This document shows, in pieces, positions 48,400 to 56,958 of a DNA stretch of 64,000 nt; position 1 is the stretch's first letter; every line of letters begins with the position of its first letter. The notes beneath the pieces are model-generated. The model was not told the DNA's origin. It searched no databases and worked only from the letters and a program-made list of their open reading frames with translations. The position numbers and the translations under genes were made by a program. The stretch is taken from IMG/VR virus record IMGVR_UViG_3300045016_000216. One strand, given 5' to 3'. Source of the stretch: an uncultured virus (IMG/VR IMGVR_UViG_3300045016_000216) (Duplodnaviria > Heunggongvirae > Uroviricota > Caudoviricetes).

Positions 48400-49489
48400 C
48401 TAGGTATCCTTCAAATGTTATTCTATTTAAAGTTTCATTATCTATTGGGGATAGACAGATTGGACAAATTTTATGTTCCTTTAACAGTTTTATGTATTCG
48501 GTTTGGTAGGTTTTTAAATCCTTTTTGTTATATTCTATACTTGCATTAACCAAATTTAGGTTGTTTTTCCAATTTTCAAGTTCATCTGCTTTATACCCTA
48601 GTTCCGTTTTTTTATCCAATTTCTCACCTAGAGATTTGTAAAGGGGTTCAACAGTCAACCATTCTCTCTCATTCTTTGTTTTGGTTTTTATCTCTTCTAG
48701 GTCAGAAATTATTTTATGTAGGGAAAAGTAATGATACTTTAATTGAACCTGTTTCACCAGTTTTTCTTTTAATACCTTCATTTTTGCTTCAGCTTTTAAA
48801 ATCTTTTTCTGATTTTCAATTTTAGAGTTCAAATCAGCTACAGAAACACACAAACCACGAACAGAAACACGCTGGATTTCAACGATCTCTTTTTTCTTGA
48901 CTGATACATCAAGTTTTTCTATCAAAGCAGAAATAAGCTCTATATGAGCATATTTTTCAAGGTCACTCTCAAGGTCAGAAATGATACTTTTTGTGTGTTC
49001 TATGCTTGATTTGGTAGAAGTAATTTTGGTGTTAATATTTTTATATAATTTGTCAATTACATCCAGCCCAACTAGTTCATTCAGTTTTCTAGCTACTTCT
49101 CCTGGGGAATCTTGTAATAGAAAGTAGGGTTGGTGTTGAGTTTGGATATTGTAGTCAGTTATCTTGGTTATTTCTTGAACTTCTTCAGGAATCTCAGACC
49201 TAAAAGCTTCTAAGTTTCCCGATTGTGTAATGTAAACGTTACTCTTACCTCTCTCTTTAGACAACTCACCATCATCAAACTCAATACCAACCCTAGTTAT
49301 TGCTTCAGGATTATCCCAATTTTTAAAATCATCTCCAAGTGGTTTATTGTTGATAACCCAAAGCAAAGCTCTAATTATAGCAGATTTACCAGAATCGCTG
49401 GCACCTGTTATAATGTTTAGGCCTTTATTAAATTCTATGACACTATCTTTGTGGGATTGAAAATTTTCAATTTCTAGGGAATTTATCAT
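48368..49489 (-). CDS. SbcC/Rad50-like ATPase, N-terminal half
   Basis: IENFQSH, Walker A GASDSGKS, Q-loop IQTQ, coiled coil ending in Zn-hook CPIC. Confidence 0.85.
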   Translation of the reverse strand: MINSLEIENFQSHKDSVIEFNKGLNIITGASDSGKSAIIRALLWVINNKPLGDDFKNWDNPEAITRVGIEFDDGELSKERGKSNVYITQSGNLEAFRSEIPEEVQEITKITDYNIQTQHQPYFLLQDSPGEVARKLNELVGLDVIDKLYKNINTKITSTKSSIEHTKSIISDLESDLEKYAHIELISALIEKLDVSVKKKEIVEIQRVSVRGLCVSVADLNSKIENQKKILKAEAKMKVLKEKLVKQVQLKYHYFSLHKIISDLEEIKTKTKNEREWLTVEPLYKSLGEKLDKKTELGYKADELENWKNNLNLVNASIEYNKKDLKTYQTEYIKLLKEHKICPICLSPIDNETLNRITFEGYLDENNIISDYT

Positions 49490-49543
49490 TTTTTATCCTT
49501 ATCTATAATAGCTAAAATTCTTGCCATGTCAGCTAAGGTTAAT

Positions 49544-49912
49544 TTAAACTCTATCATCATTTGCCTGATCTTCTGTATTACTTGTATTGGAATCTCCTTC
49601 TCCCTCAAGTTTTCCGTACCAGTCAATCCAATCTCCTAATCTGATGAGAACTAAAGACTTCATCATTCTTTGATTTTTGGTGTGAACGATTACTATAGGA
49701 GTCTTTTCCTTTGGAGCGTTTTTCTCTGCTTGCTCCATAAACTTGTTGCCAATAAAGGTCTTTCTGTGTTTTGCTTCTACAGACCAAGGCTTATTAAGGT
49801 ACGAAATATCTTGTCCTTCTATCGTACCAACCGATTTTCCTCCTGTCATTTTGGCGAGTTTGCTTTGTATTGCTCTGCCTTGTCTTTTATTTCTGATAAC
49901 CAATTCTACCAT
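49544..49912 (-). CDS. Putative Holliday junction resolvase (PD-(D/E)xK)
   Basis: NKRQG...QDI...SVEAKHR, PIVIVH. Confidence 0.6.
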   Translation of the reverse strand: MVELVIRNKRQGRAIQSKLAKMTGGKSVGTIEGQDISYLNKPWSVEAKHRKTFIGNKFMEQAEKNAPKEKTPIVIVHTKNQRMMKSLVLIRLGDWIDWYGKLEGEGDSNTSNTEDQANDDRV

Positions 49913-49914
49913 TT

Positions 49915-50106
49915 TTATTCCTCAAAATGTTTATCAAAAGCACTTCTCCATTCTAACTCTTGCTCCACTTCTTCTAACAGATTGTAATTGCTAGGTTTAT
50001 CCATAAAGTCTTGCTCTGCTAACCATTTTAAATAGCTAGAAGGTATTTCCTCTACAGTCTTTCCTTTAAACTTACCAAAAGTTATTTTAGTCTCTCCATC
50101 AGCCAT
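49915..50106 (-). CDS. Small FGKxKG-motif protein (DUF3820-like)
   Basis: ITFGKFKGKTVEEIPSSYLKWL. Confidence 0.65.
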   Translation of the reverse strand: MADGETKITFGKFKGKTVEEIPSSYLKWLAEQDFMDKPSNYNLLEEVEQELEWRSAFDKHFEE

Positions 50107-50262
50107 TTATTTCTCCTCATATTTGATAGATTGTTTCATCTCTATTTAGTACCTTTTCCAATTTCTTGAATAATTTATCTAACCTTTTCCCTTCATCGGA
50201 CCTTCTGATCTTGCTTTTAGTTCCTTCATAGATTTTGTATTGATCTAATAACTCTTTAGCAA

Positions 50263-51132
50263 TTATTCTAATTCCAGGTGCTTCTTCCATTGATTCATAG
50301 CCTCTTTGGTGGTTAGGGATTGGAAATTATACTTATCAAAAACTTCCAAAAAGTTTTTCAGATATAAGGTATCAAAATTTTTTAAATGTATTTTAGGTGT
50401 TCCTGTAAAAGGAAGTTCTACTATAGGCATGTTTCTATGTAATATATCATTCTCTCTAGCAAATATCAGGGATTTAGTTTTGCCACTAGCCAGTTTACCT
50501 GTCAGATATTTGATAGCAGTTTTTTCTCCTACTCCAGGCAATCCTTTAACATTGTCACCTAAACATCCTGTAATAGCTTTTACCGTAGGCCATAAATTAG
50601 GAAAAATATTCCACTCCTCTACAAAATCTGCAAAGGTATAAAGATGTTTTTTAGTGATAGAATAGGTGCTTATGATTCTAATTCCTGATTTTAATAACTG
50701 ATAAAGGTCATTATCGGAAGAAACTATGATATTTTCTAATTTGAAGTTCCAATTTAATATGGAAGCTATTAAATCATCTCCCTCATACCCCGTAAAGCAA
50801 TAATTATTTGTGAAACCTACCCTGTTTAACAATTCATTTTTAAGCAAGTCAAATTGATTATAAGCGTACCCGTTCAATTTCTTTTCTTCTTCAGTCAGCT
50901 TCCTCTTCCTATTGTTCTTGTATTCAGAGTAGATTTCTTTTCTTTTTGAATAAGTAGAATCCCAAACAAACACAAACTGATTTGAGTTAAATTGTTTGGC
51001 TAAAGATAGGATCTGTTTGAAGAAACCAAAAATAATACCCACTTGCATTTCTTCATGAGTCAGATGTCCCATAGTATGTTTAACTACATGGCAGATGTAG
51101 TTACTGTCTACTAGGATTAACGGTTTATTCAT
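50263..51132 (-). CDS. 5'-3' exonuclease/flap endonuclease
   Basis: LVDSN, RKEIYSEYK, YEGDDLIA, SSDNDLYQL, GCLGDNVKGLPGVGEKTA. Confidence 0.9.
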   Translation of the reverse strand: MNKPLILVDSNYICHVVKHTMGHLTHEEMQVGIIFGFFKQILSLAKQFNSNQFVFVWDSTYSKRKEIYSEYKNNRKRKLTEEEKKLNGYAYNQFDLLKNELLNRVGFTNNYCFTGYEGDDLIASILNWNFKLENIIVSSDNDLYQLLKSGIRIISTYSITKKHLYTFADFVEEWNIFPNLWPTVKAITGCLGDNVKGLPGVGEKTAIKYLTGKLASGKTKSLIFARENDILHRNMPIVELPFTGTPKIHLKNFDTLYLKNFLEVFDKYNFQSLTTKEAMNQWKKHLELE

Positions 51133-51217
51133 TGGCCCATCCGCAATTTCTACATCTCCAAAGTCTTAACTTTGGATCATAATATATCCCATCATAACCA
51201 CATTCAGGACATTTCAT
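51125..51217 (-). CDS. 30-aa zinc-ribbon peptide
   Basis: Translated by hand: MKCPECG...WRCRNCGW. Confidence 0.4.
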   Translation of the reverse strand: MKCPECGYDGIYYDPKLRLWRCRNCGWANE

Positions 51218-51380
51218 TATCTTTCCTTTTTCTAACATAAAATATCATTGTATTACCATTATATTCTACTATTTGTTCACATTCATTAGGTTGGCAATCA
51301 TATTTGGATATAAAAGCTTTTAATATTTCTTCTCTTTGTTCAACGATTTCTTCCATTAATTTTTTTAAATGTTTCATCTT

Positions 51381-51728
51381 TTATTTCCCGTATTTGCCGT
51401 TTGTTATTTTTGAAAGTTCTACCCCTACTAATTTTGCAGCCTCTTCATACCTGTCTCCTTCTACCTGGATTCTATTGTACCAACCTGAAATATGAACTAA
51501 ATGTCCTGAGGAATCTTTCCAATATATTCCATCACTATTTCTTTCGTTGCTCACACTAACGTTTTGTAGCTTCCAACAATTAATCGGGTTCCCTTTATAA
51601 TCATATTGAACTATTATCCAATTTGATCCGAAGGTTCCCGCACTAAAAGATGAACACGACCTACTAAATCCAGCACATCCTACTAAAAATAAAAGTGATA
51701 CACCCACTGCATAATGTTTTATTTTCAT
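51381..51728 (-). CDS. Putative lipoprotein
   Basis: Signal peptide with lipobox LVGC. Confidence 0.55.
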   Translation of the reverse strand: MKIKHYAVGVSLLFLVGCAGFSRSCSSFSAGTFGSNWIIVQYDYKGNPINCWKLQNVSVSNERNSDGIYWKDSSGHLVHISGWYNRIQVEGDRYEEAAKLVGVELSKITNGKYGK

Positions 51729-51921
51729 TTATCTTTCCTTTCTCTAGGATTAAGGGTCTCATTTGTTTTCTACCCACCAAGCTATAGCTCTGAGTTCATT
51801 TGGGGTAAAGTCTCCATCTAATTGTACTTTGTTTTTACTACGTACATAAATATAGGGTGTAAGATTTCGTAACTTATCTTTTTCTAACCAACCTTCATTT
51901 TTTAGTATCATAAGAGCCGTT

Positions 51922-52197
51922 TTATCTTCCATCACTCTCCCCTACTTCAATTATTATTAGTTCACCTTTTTGGTATAATACTTTTAATGACCTGGCTACT
52001 CTGTTTAAGGCGTTAGTGGAATTGTAGGCTCCAACTATTTGATTGAAGGAAATTTTATCCTTTATCCATTCTTTTGCTACTTCTATATCTTCTTCATTTA
52101 TGTCTTTCTTTGACTTTCTTTTAACTTCAAATTTCCTAGCTCTTTCTATTAAAGTTTCTACGCTTTCATCATCATTTTTTTTTACCAAAGTTGTCAT
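51922..52197 (-). CDS. Hypothetical protein
   Basis: Coupled to recA stop (TAATG). Confidence 0.5.
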   Translation of the reverse strand: MTTLVKKNDDESVETLIERARKFEVKRKSKKDINEEDIEVAKEWIKDKISFNQIVGAYNSTNALNRVARSLKVLYQKGELIIIEVGESDGR

Positions 52198-53255
52198 TAT
52201 CTTTCCTTTCTCTTTCTTTGTATAACAAAAGAAGATTCAACTTTGTCCCATATCTCATAAACTCTTTCTTTCAATTTTTGTTCTAATCCTCCTTCTTCTA
52301 TGTATTTGATAGCATTGTCCATAGATTTCCATTCTTTGGTAAAGCAATCATACATAGATGCACCTGTCATATCTTTTACATATTGTAAATTACCTCTAAT
52401 ATCATCAATTCCGTACCCAAAAAGGATGTAAATAGATACTTCTCTGAAGGGATCATCTACAGAACTTTTAGTTATTTTGCAATTACTTACAATTCCTACA
52501 ACCTTTTCAACCTCTTTAGCATACCCATCTACCTTAGTTTTCTTTATAATTTTAGAACCTTTAAAAGAAGGTCCTATTCTTATTCTTAGAGAGGAATAAA
52601 ACTTAACAGCCTCCCCTCCAGGTGTAGTCTCTCCCCCATCTCCCTGTCTTATTTGATTGGTACAAGCTACTAACCAATGATTATTCATTATGATCCTACA
52701 AGTTTTTCTAAGTCCTTGAGAGAATTCTTTAGCTCTCCTCATGCCCATCTTATCTTCATCTTCCATTTCTAGTTTGGTAGACAGAGCGGCTAGAGAATCC
52801 GAAGCTATTATATTGATAACCTTATCATTTTTAGGTTTCCAGGTGAAGATGATTTCATTGAACAGTTCTGTTACAGTGTCAGGTTGTTTATAATCAAATT
52901 GTGATTCCTCTAGACTTATACCATAAATCTTAGCATACTCTTGATTTAATCTAGCTTCAGGGTCTACAAATAAAGCCTCTCCCCCTAGGTTTTGAGCAGA
53001 GGCACATAATTCTGCTAAGATAGCTGTTTTTCCTGACCCTGAAGGACCATAAATTTCTACGATAATTCCCCCAGGAACTCCCCCACCGACCCTCACCTTA
53101 CCTGATATTGCTAAATCAAGTAAGGTGGAGCCGGTTGAAACAACCCTTTCGGTGCTGATCTTTCTGTTTATGATAGAAAGATCAGCCTCTATTTCGGATT
53201 GTTGTGCATTATCTATTATGCTTTGGGTTTCTTTGTTCCTTTTTACTAAGCTCAC
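52197..53255 (-). CDS. recA: RecA-like recombinase
   Basis: STGSTLLDLAI, EIYGPSGSGKT, FVDPE, DSLAAL, NQIR, TPGGEAVKFYSSLRI. Confidence 0.93.
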   Translation of the reverse strand: MSLVKRNKETQSIIDNAQQSEIEADLSIINRKISTERVVSTGSTLLDLAISGKVRVGGGVPGGIIVEIYGPSGSGKTAILAELCASAQNLGGEALFVDPEARLNQEYAKIYGISLEESQFDYKQPDTVTELFNEIIFTWKPKNDKVINIIASDSLAALSTKLEMEDEDKMGMRRAKEFSQGLRKTCRIIMNNHWLVACTNQIRQGDGGETTPGGEAVKFYSSLRIRIGPSFKGSKIIKKTKVDGYAKEVEKVVGIVSNCKITKSSVDDPFREVSIYILFGYGIDDIRGNLQYVKDMTGASMYDCFTKEWKSMDNAIKYIEEGGLEQKLKERVYEIWDKVESSFVIQRKRKER

Positions 53256-54340
53256 CTTCCTAATCTCCTTGATAGAGGTCTCTTAGGTTCCTCTTTTTTA
53301 ATTTCTTGTTTTAGTTCTTCCTCTTGTTTCATCTTGATAATATCAGCTTCCTTTTCACAATCTTCTACCCTGGTACATTCTACACATTCATCATAGGCAT
53401 CAATGTCATTACCGAATTTATGACCATGAGGACAAGGATTTAGAGGAGCTTGGGTTTCTCTTGAGGCTAATCTCGCTTGTCTCCTAGCTTCTCTTTCATT
53501 TATAGGAAAGTCAGGGATGTCTTTTTCTTCAGTTTTTGCAGGTGGTTCATATTTCTCTGTTGCTTCTGCCTCATCCTGTTGATCTTGCTCCGAATGATAG
53601 GCTTTGTAGACTTCTTCATAAGTAGGGATAGTTATGAAATCATCTAAACATAAAGACTTCATAAGAATTTCATCAGGGATAGGTTTAGGTCTGGCAATAA
53701 AATGGAAGGAAACATACTCTGTAGATAGTTGAGTTTTACCCTTCCTAGTAAAAGAGATCATTTTGCCTGTGTCAGGGTTAGTGTAGTTTTCTGATCCCCC
53801 TACGCTAACTCCTGCAATTTTAGGAATTTGTGCCTGGTTGATTAGAGGTTGCTCAAACAAAAACTGTGACACTTCCCATACTTGAGGTCCCTTTGTTTCT
53901 TCTTTTTCGTTGTCATGAACCCAAACATTGTAGAAAATTCTTCTGCTAGGGTTCAAAGATTTTACCATAGGATCTTTTTCATCTAATCCTTGAGATTCTT
54001 TGATATAATTTTTGTGTTGACAGATGGGACAGTCTTTCTTTAAAGTCCTAGCTAGGCAAACATAATTGTCCTCATTAGGTCCTATTTTAGAATGTACCCA
54101 AATATCAGCTTTAAAAGAGGGATTTCCTACAGGTGTGTTATTAGGATTATTTTCTGAAGCAAGATAAGGAATTACATCTATTAAATGTTCTCCTTCAGTA
54201 CACTTCCAGATTTCATATCCATCAGGCAGAGCTTTCAATACAGGCTTGAACCTGCCTGAATCATCTTTGCTTCTATAAGCTTCCTTCTGTCTTTTTTCTA
54301 GCTCATCTTTCCAGTTTATGCTTTTTCTATCAAATGGCAT
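53252..54340 (-). CDS. Putative single-stranded DNA-binding protein (T4 gp32-like)
   Basis: Next to recA; WVH...VCL...CPIC Zn site, YNV, PDTG; charged C-terminus. Confidence 0.6.
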   Translation of the reverse strand: MPFDRKSINWKDELEKRQKEAYRSKDDSGRFKPVLKALPDGYEIWKCTEGEHLIDVIPYLASENNPNNTPVGNPSFKADIWVHSKIGPNEDNYVCLARTLKKDCPICQHKNYIKESQGLDEKDPMVKSLNPSRRIFYNVWVHDNEKEETKGPQVWEVSQFLFEQPLINQAQIPKIAGVSVGGSENYTNPDTGKMISFTRKGKTQLSTEYVSFHFIARPKPIPDEILMKSLCLDDFITIPTYEEVYKAYHSEQDQQDEAEATEKYEPPAKTEEKDIPDFPINEREARRQARLASRETQAPLNPCPHGHKFGNDIDAYDECVECTRVEDCEKEADIIKMKQEEELKQEIKKEEPKRPLSRRLGR

Positions 54341-54486
54341 AATTTATTTTCCTTTCTCAGAATCTTTCTTTTCTTGATAATAAGATTTGAAAACAGCGGA
54401 ACTTATTATTCTTATAATAAAATACAACAAAGGGACACCTAACATTATAAGTATACCTATTTTTAAATAAAATAAAAAAGTTTCCA

Positions 54487-54963
54487 CTAAGCCCTCCTCA
54501 CTAATCTTGAACTAGTTTTTAAGGATTCATTTTGTACCTCCTCTGACTTTTTTTCAGACATTTCCTTGTAAGGTTGTTTTCCTGCATAGTAGTTTGCTTT
54601 AAATAATTCTACCAAAGCATCAATAGCTTTTCTTCTGTGATCCATAGATTCTCTCGCTGCTAGGTACAGATTCACTTCATATTGAGCCTCAATCAATTCT
54701 TGGGACACCTGTTGATGTTCCTCATTCAGTAATATGGTTTGATTTATCTTATTTTCTGTAGGTTTTTCTGAACCTGCTTCCTTCCTTATTTTATCATCTA
54801 AAGTGGCTCTTAATACTGTAAGTTTTTCTTTTAATTGATCTCTTTTCAAACAAGCTGTAGCCCATCTCGTAGACCATTCAGCACAAAGTGAGGCTTGTTC
54901 TAAAGCATTTTCATCTAAATTGCCTAAGTCAAGCTTGGTATCTTTTATTAAGTCATTACTCAT
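54487..54963 (-). CDS. Putative recombination mediator (UvsY-like)
   Basis: Helical 158 aa with KPTENKI; next to SSB and RecA. Confidence 0.5.
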   Translation of the reverse strand: MSNDLIKDTKLDLGNLDENALEQASLCAEWSTRWATACLKRDQLKEKLTVLRATLDDKIRKEAGSEKPTENKINQTILLNEEHQQVSQELIEAQYEVNLYLAARESMDHRRKAIDALVELFKANYYAGKQPYKEMSEKKSEEVQNESLKTSSRLVRRA

Positions 54964-54985
54964 TGTCTACTCCTTTCTTATTTAT

Positions 54986-54994
54986 ATTATAGCA
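54986..54994 (-). promoter_or_regulatory. Extended -10 promoter (TGcTATAAT)
   Basis: TGCTATAAT on - strand, upstream of AAGGAG RBS and ATG 54963. Confidence 0.55.
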
Positions 54995-55025
54995 TATTTT
55001 TGAAAAAACTGAAAATTTTGTTTTT

Positions 55026-55193
55026 TTATTGCTCCTGGCAGGACTTTAGGTCTTCTATTTGTTTATCCCTATCCTTTATTTCTTCAAGTAATTCCCTTAC
55101 CAAATATATGGGTACTACTCCAGAAGTAGATACAAACCTAAAAGACCAAATTATATCTTCTACTCTTTTCTTTAGCTCATTATATGGTTTCAT
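55026..55193 (-). CDS. Small hypothetical protein (55 aa) between tRNA-like element 1 and its 3' copy
   Basis: GAGG RBS; ORF ends inside the repeated 3' motif. Confidence 0.5.
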   Translation of the reverse strand: MKPYNELKKRVEDIIWSFRFVSTSGVVPIYLVRELLEEIKDRDKQIEDLKSCQEQ

Positions 55194-55207
55194 TGTTTTT
55201 CCTCTAT

Positions 55208-55335
55208 TGCCCCTGGCAGGACTCAATACCTGCTAACCGTCTGCCCGCCTAACGTCAATCGAACGGTTGGAATGCTCTCCCACTGAATGGGGCATATTAG
55301 GCAGTCCATGCGTGTCCATCCACACCGCAGGGGCA
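55208..55335 (-). ncRNA. tRNA-like element 1 (acceptor, D and T arms; long structured insert instead of anticodon arm)
   Basis: GCCCCTG/CAGGGGC stem, GTGT-GGATGG-ACAC, GCAGG-TATTGAGT-CCTGC. Confidence 0.65.
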
Positions 55336-55339
55336 AGAG

Positions 55340-56263
55340 TTAATTAAATTTGCAAGCTTGGTACAAAGCCCAAGTCATGCCTGCCTTTTTAGAATACATC
55401 CAATTTTCAAAAAATATCTCCATTATTGTTGCAACCTTATCATTTGCTCCATCTAAAAGAACCTTAGTAAAATATCCTAAGATAGCATACCTTATTGATT
55501 CGGGTTCCTCATCAATTACCTTGATGAGTTCTTTCATCTTCTTCCATTTACCTTTCTCATTAGCAATCAGTAATCTGCAAATATCAATAACTGAAGCTTC
55601 CTGAGTTTTAAAACTTGTAACAGCTTCTAAGGCTTTTTCCTCATCCAGAATATCTATTACCGAATCAAGTAAAACTAAGGCTTGTCTAGGACATCCTTCA
55701 GAACACTTTACAATTTCTTCTATGATAGAGTTAGGATAGCCTTCTAATCCTTCACTTTTTAATACTGATTTCAATAAGTCAGTCATTTGGTGCATTAGTA
55801 ACCCCTTAGTTTGGAACATCATACACCTTGTTCTTATTGTCCTTAAAACTTTTTCCGGTTCTGTGGTACATAAAATGAAGATAACATGTGAGGGAGCATC
55901 TTCTAGGAGTTTCAATAAAGAAGATTGAAAATCTAGGGTTCCTCTATGTACTTCATCTAACAGATAAATCTTAAATTTTCCATCTAAAGGAGCATATCTA
56001 CAATTTTGATCTATTTCTCTTACTGTATCAATACCCCTTGCTTCAGCGGTATTATATTCCATGAAATCTTGTCCATTACATCCGAGAAGACTTCCTATTA
56101 TCCTAGCAAAGGTAGTCTTTCCGGTTCCTGAAGATCCGTGAAACAAGAAGGCATGAGGAAAATCTTTTTCCCTAGAGAATACTGACCTTAAACTGTCTTT
56201 TATGGAATCATTACCGATAACTTCCTCAATAGTTTTTGGGCGATAATCAATAGCTAGAGGCAT
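55340..56263 (-). CDS. dnaX: DNA polymerase III gamma/tau-like clamp loader
   Basis: YRPKT, GSSGTGKTT, GIDTVREI, LLDEVH, LLKLLED, FILCTTE, TIRTRC. Confidence 0.9.
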   Translation of the reverse strand: MPLAIDYRPKTIEEVIGNDSIKDSLRSVFSREKDFPHAFLFHGSSGTGKTTFARIIGSLLGCNGQDFMEYNTAEARGIDTVREIDQNCRYAPLDGKFKIYLLDEVHRGTLDFQSSLLKLLEDAPSHVIFILCTTEPEKVLRTIRTRCMMFQTKGLLMHQMTDLLKSVLKSEGLEGYPNSIIEEIVKCSEGCPRQALVLLDSVIDILDEEKALEAVTSFKTQEASVIDICRLLIANEKGKWKKMKELIKVIDEEPESIRYAILGYFTKVLLDGANDKVATIMEIFFENWMYSKKAGMTWALYQACKFN

Positions 56264-56302
56264 TAGTTCTCCCTTTCTTTTATTGTCCCTGGCAGGACTC
56301 TC

Positions 56303-56440
56303 TCATATCCAAGTCGGTCTCTCTTTTTTGCATTTTGAACACCAATATACATAGTAGTAGTAATGATCTGCTATTAGTTTTTTATATTTTCCATGAAACA
56401 AATAACATAAAAGTTTATTCATCATTCTATCCTTTAACAT
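56303..56440 (-). CDS. Small hypothetical protein (45 aa) between tRNA-like element 2 and its 3' copy
   Basis: AGGAGG RBS; translated by hand: MLKDRMMNKLLCYLFHG...WCSKC...WI. Confidence 0.5.
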   Translation of the reverse strand: MLKDRMMNKLLCYLFHGKYKKLIADHYYYYVYWCSKCKKERPTWI

Positions 56441-56460
56441 ACCCCTCCTTTAGTTGTTAT

Positions 56461-56570
56461 TGCCCCTGGCAGGACTCGAAACCTGCTTGCTGGCATTCTG
56501 ACTCACTTCTTTAACTGAGTAGCCAGTGCTATGTCTGTGCTCAAGTGTGTCCTTCCACACCGCAGGGGCA
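56461..56570 (-). ncRNA. tRNA-like element 2
   Basis: GCCCCTG/CAGGGGC stem, GTGT-GGAAGG-ACAC, GCAGG-TTTCGAGT-CCTGC; middle pairs CTGGC/GCCAG and ACTCA/TGAGT. Confidence 0.7.
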
Positions 56571-56736
56571 TTAGTTCTCCTTTTTTTTTTTTGTTTTATC
56601 TAAACAATATTGACAAAATTCTCCGTTTTCTTTAAAAAGGGTTTCGTGTTTCTTACATTCTATGAACCCTTCTCCTAAATTAGCCCAATACTTTTTCTTT
56701 AGGTGATTAAATTTTTTTTGGTTATATTCTATTTTA

Positions 56737-56958
56737 TCATTCAAATTTTCGTTCCTTAGCCAACTTAGCTAATTTAGTAATTTGGTCATTGATTTCAATT
56801 TCTAAATTTTGATCAACTATTTCAGATAATTCATCATAAACATCTATCTCCTTATCGGTTTCATCCAAAAGGGCTGTCATAGATACTGATACATCTACTG
56901 AATTATAGTTTTTGGACATCTTAAACCCCTTACTGATTGTAATCTCTTTAATTTTCAT
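56737..56958 (-). CDS. Hypothetical protein
   Basis: AGGAGG RBS; ATGA overlap with polymerase stop. Confidence 0.55.
   Translation of the reverse strand: MKIKEITISKGFKMSKNYNSVDVSVSMTALLDETDKEIDVYDELSEIVDQNLEIEINDQITKLAKLAKERKFE

Noticed and set aside
55027..56477. CRISPR array from the four 19-bp repeats
   Set aside because: Spacings of 178, ~1076 and 177 bp contain ORFs; repeats are too short and no cas genes are present.
55208..56570. Canonical tRNA genes
   Set aside because: No 5-bp stem/7-nt anticodon loop, 8-nt T loops and 110-128 nt length; reported as tRNA-like elements instead.
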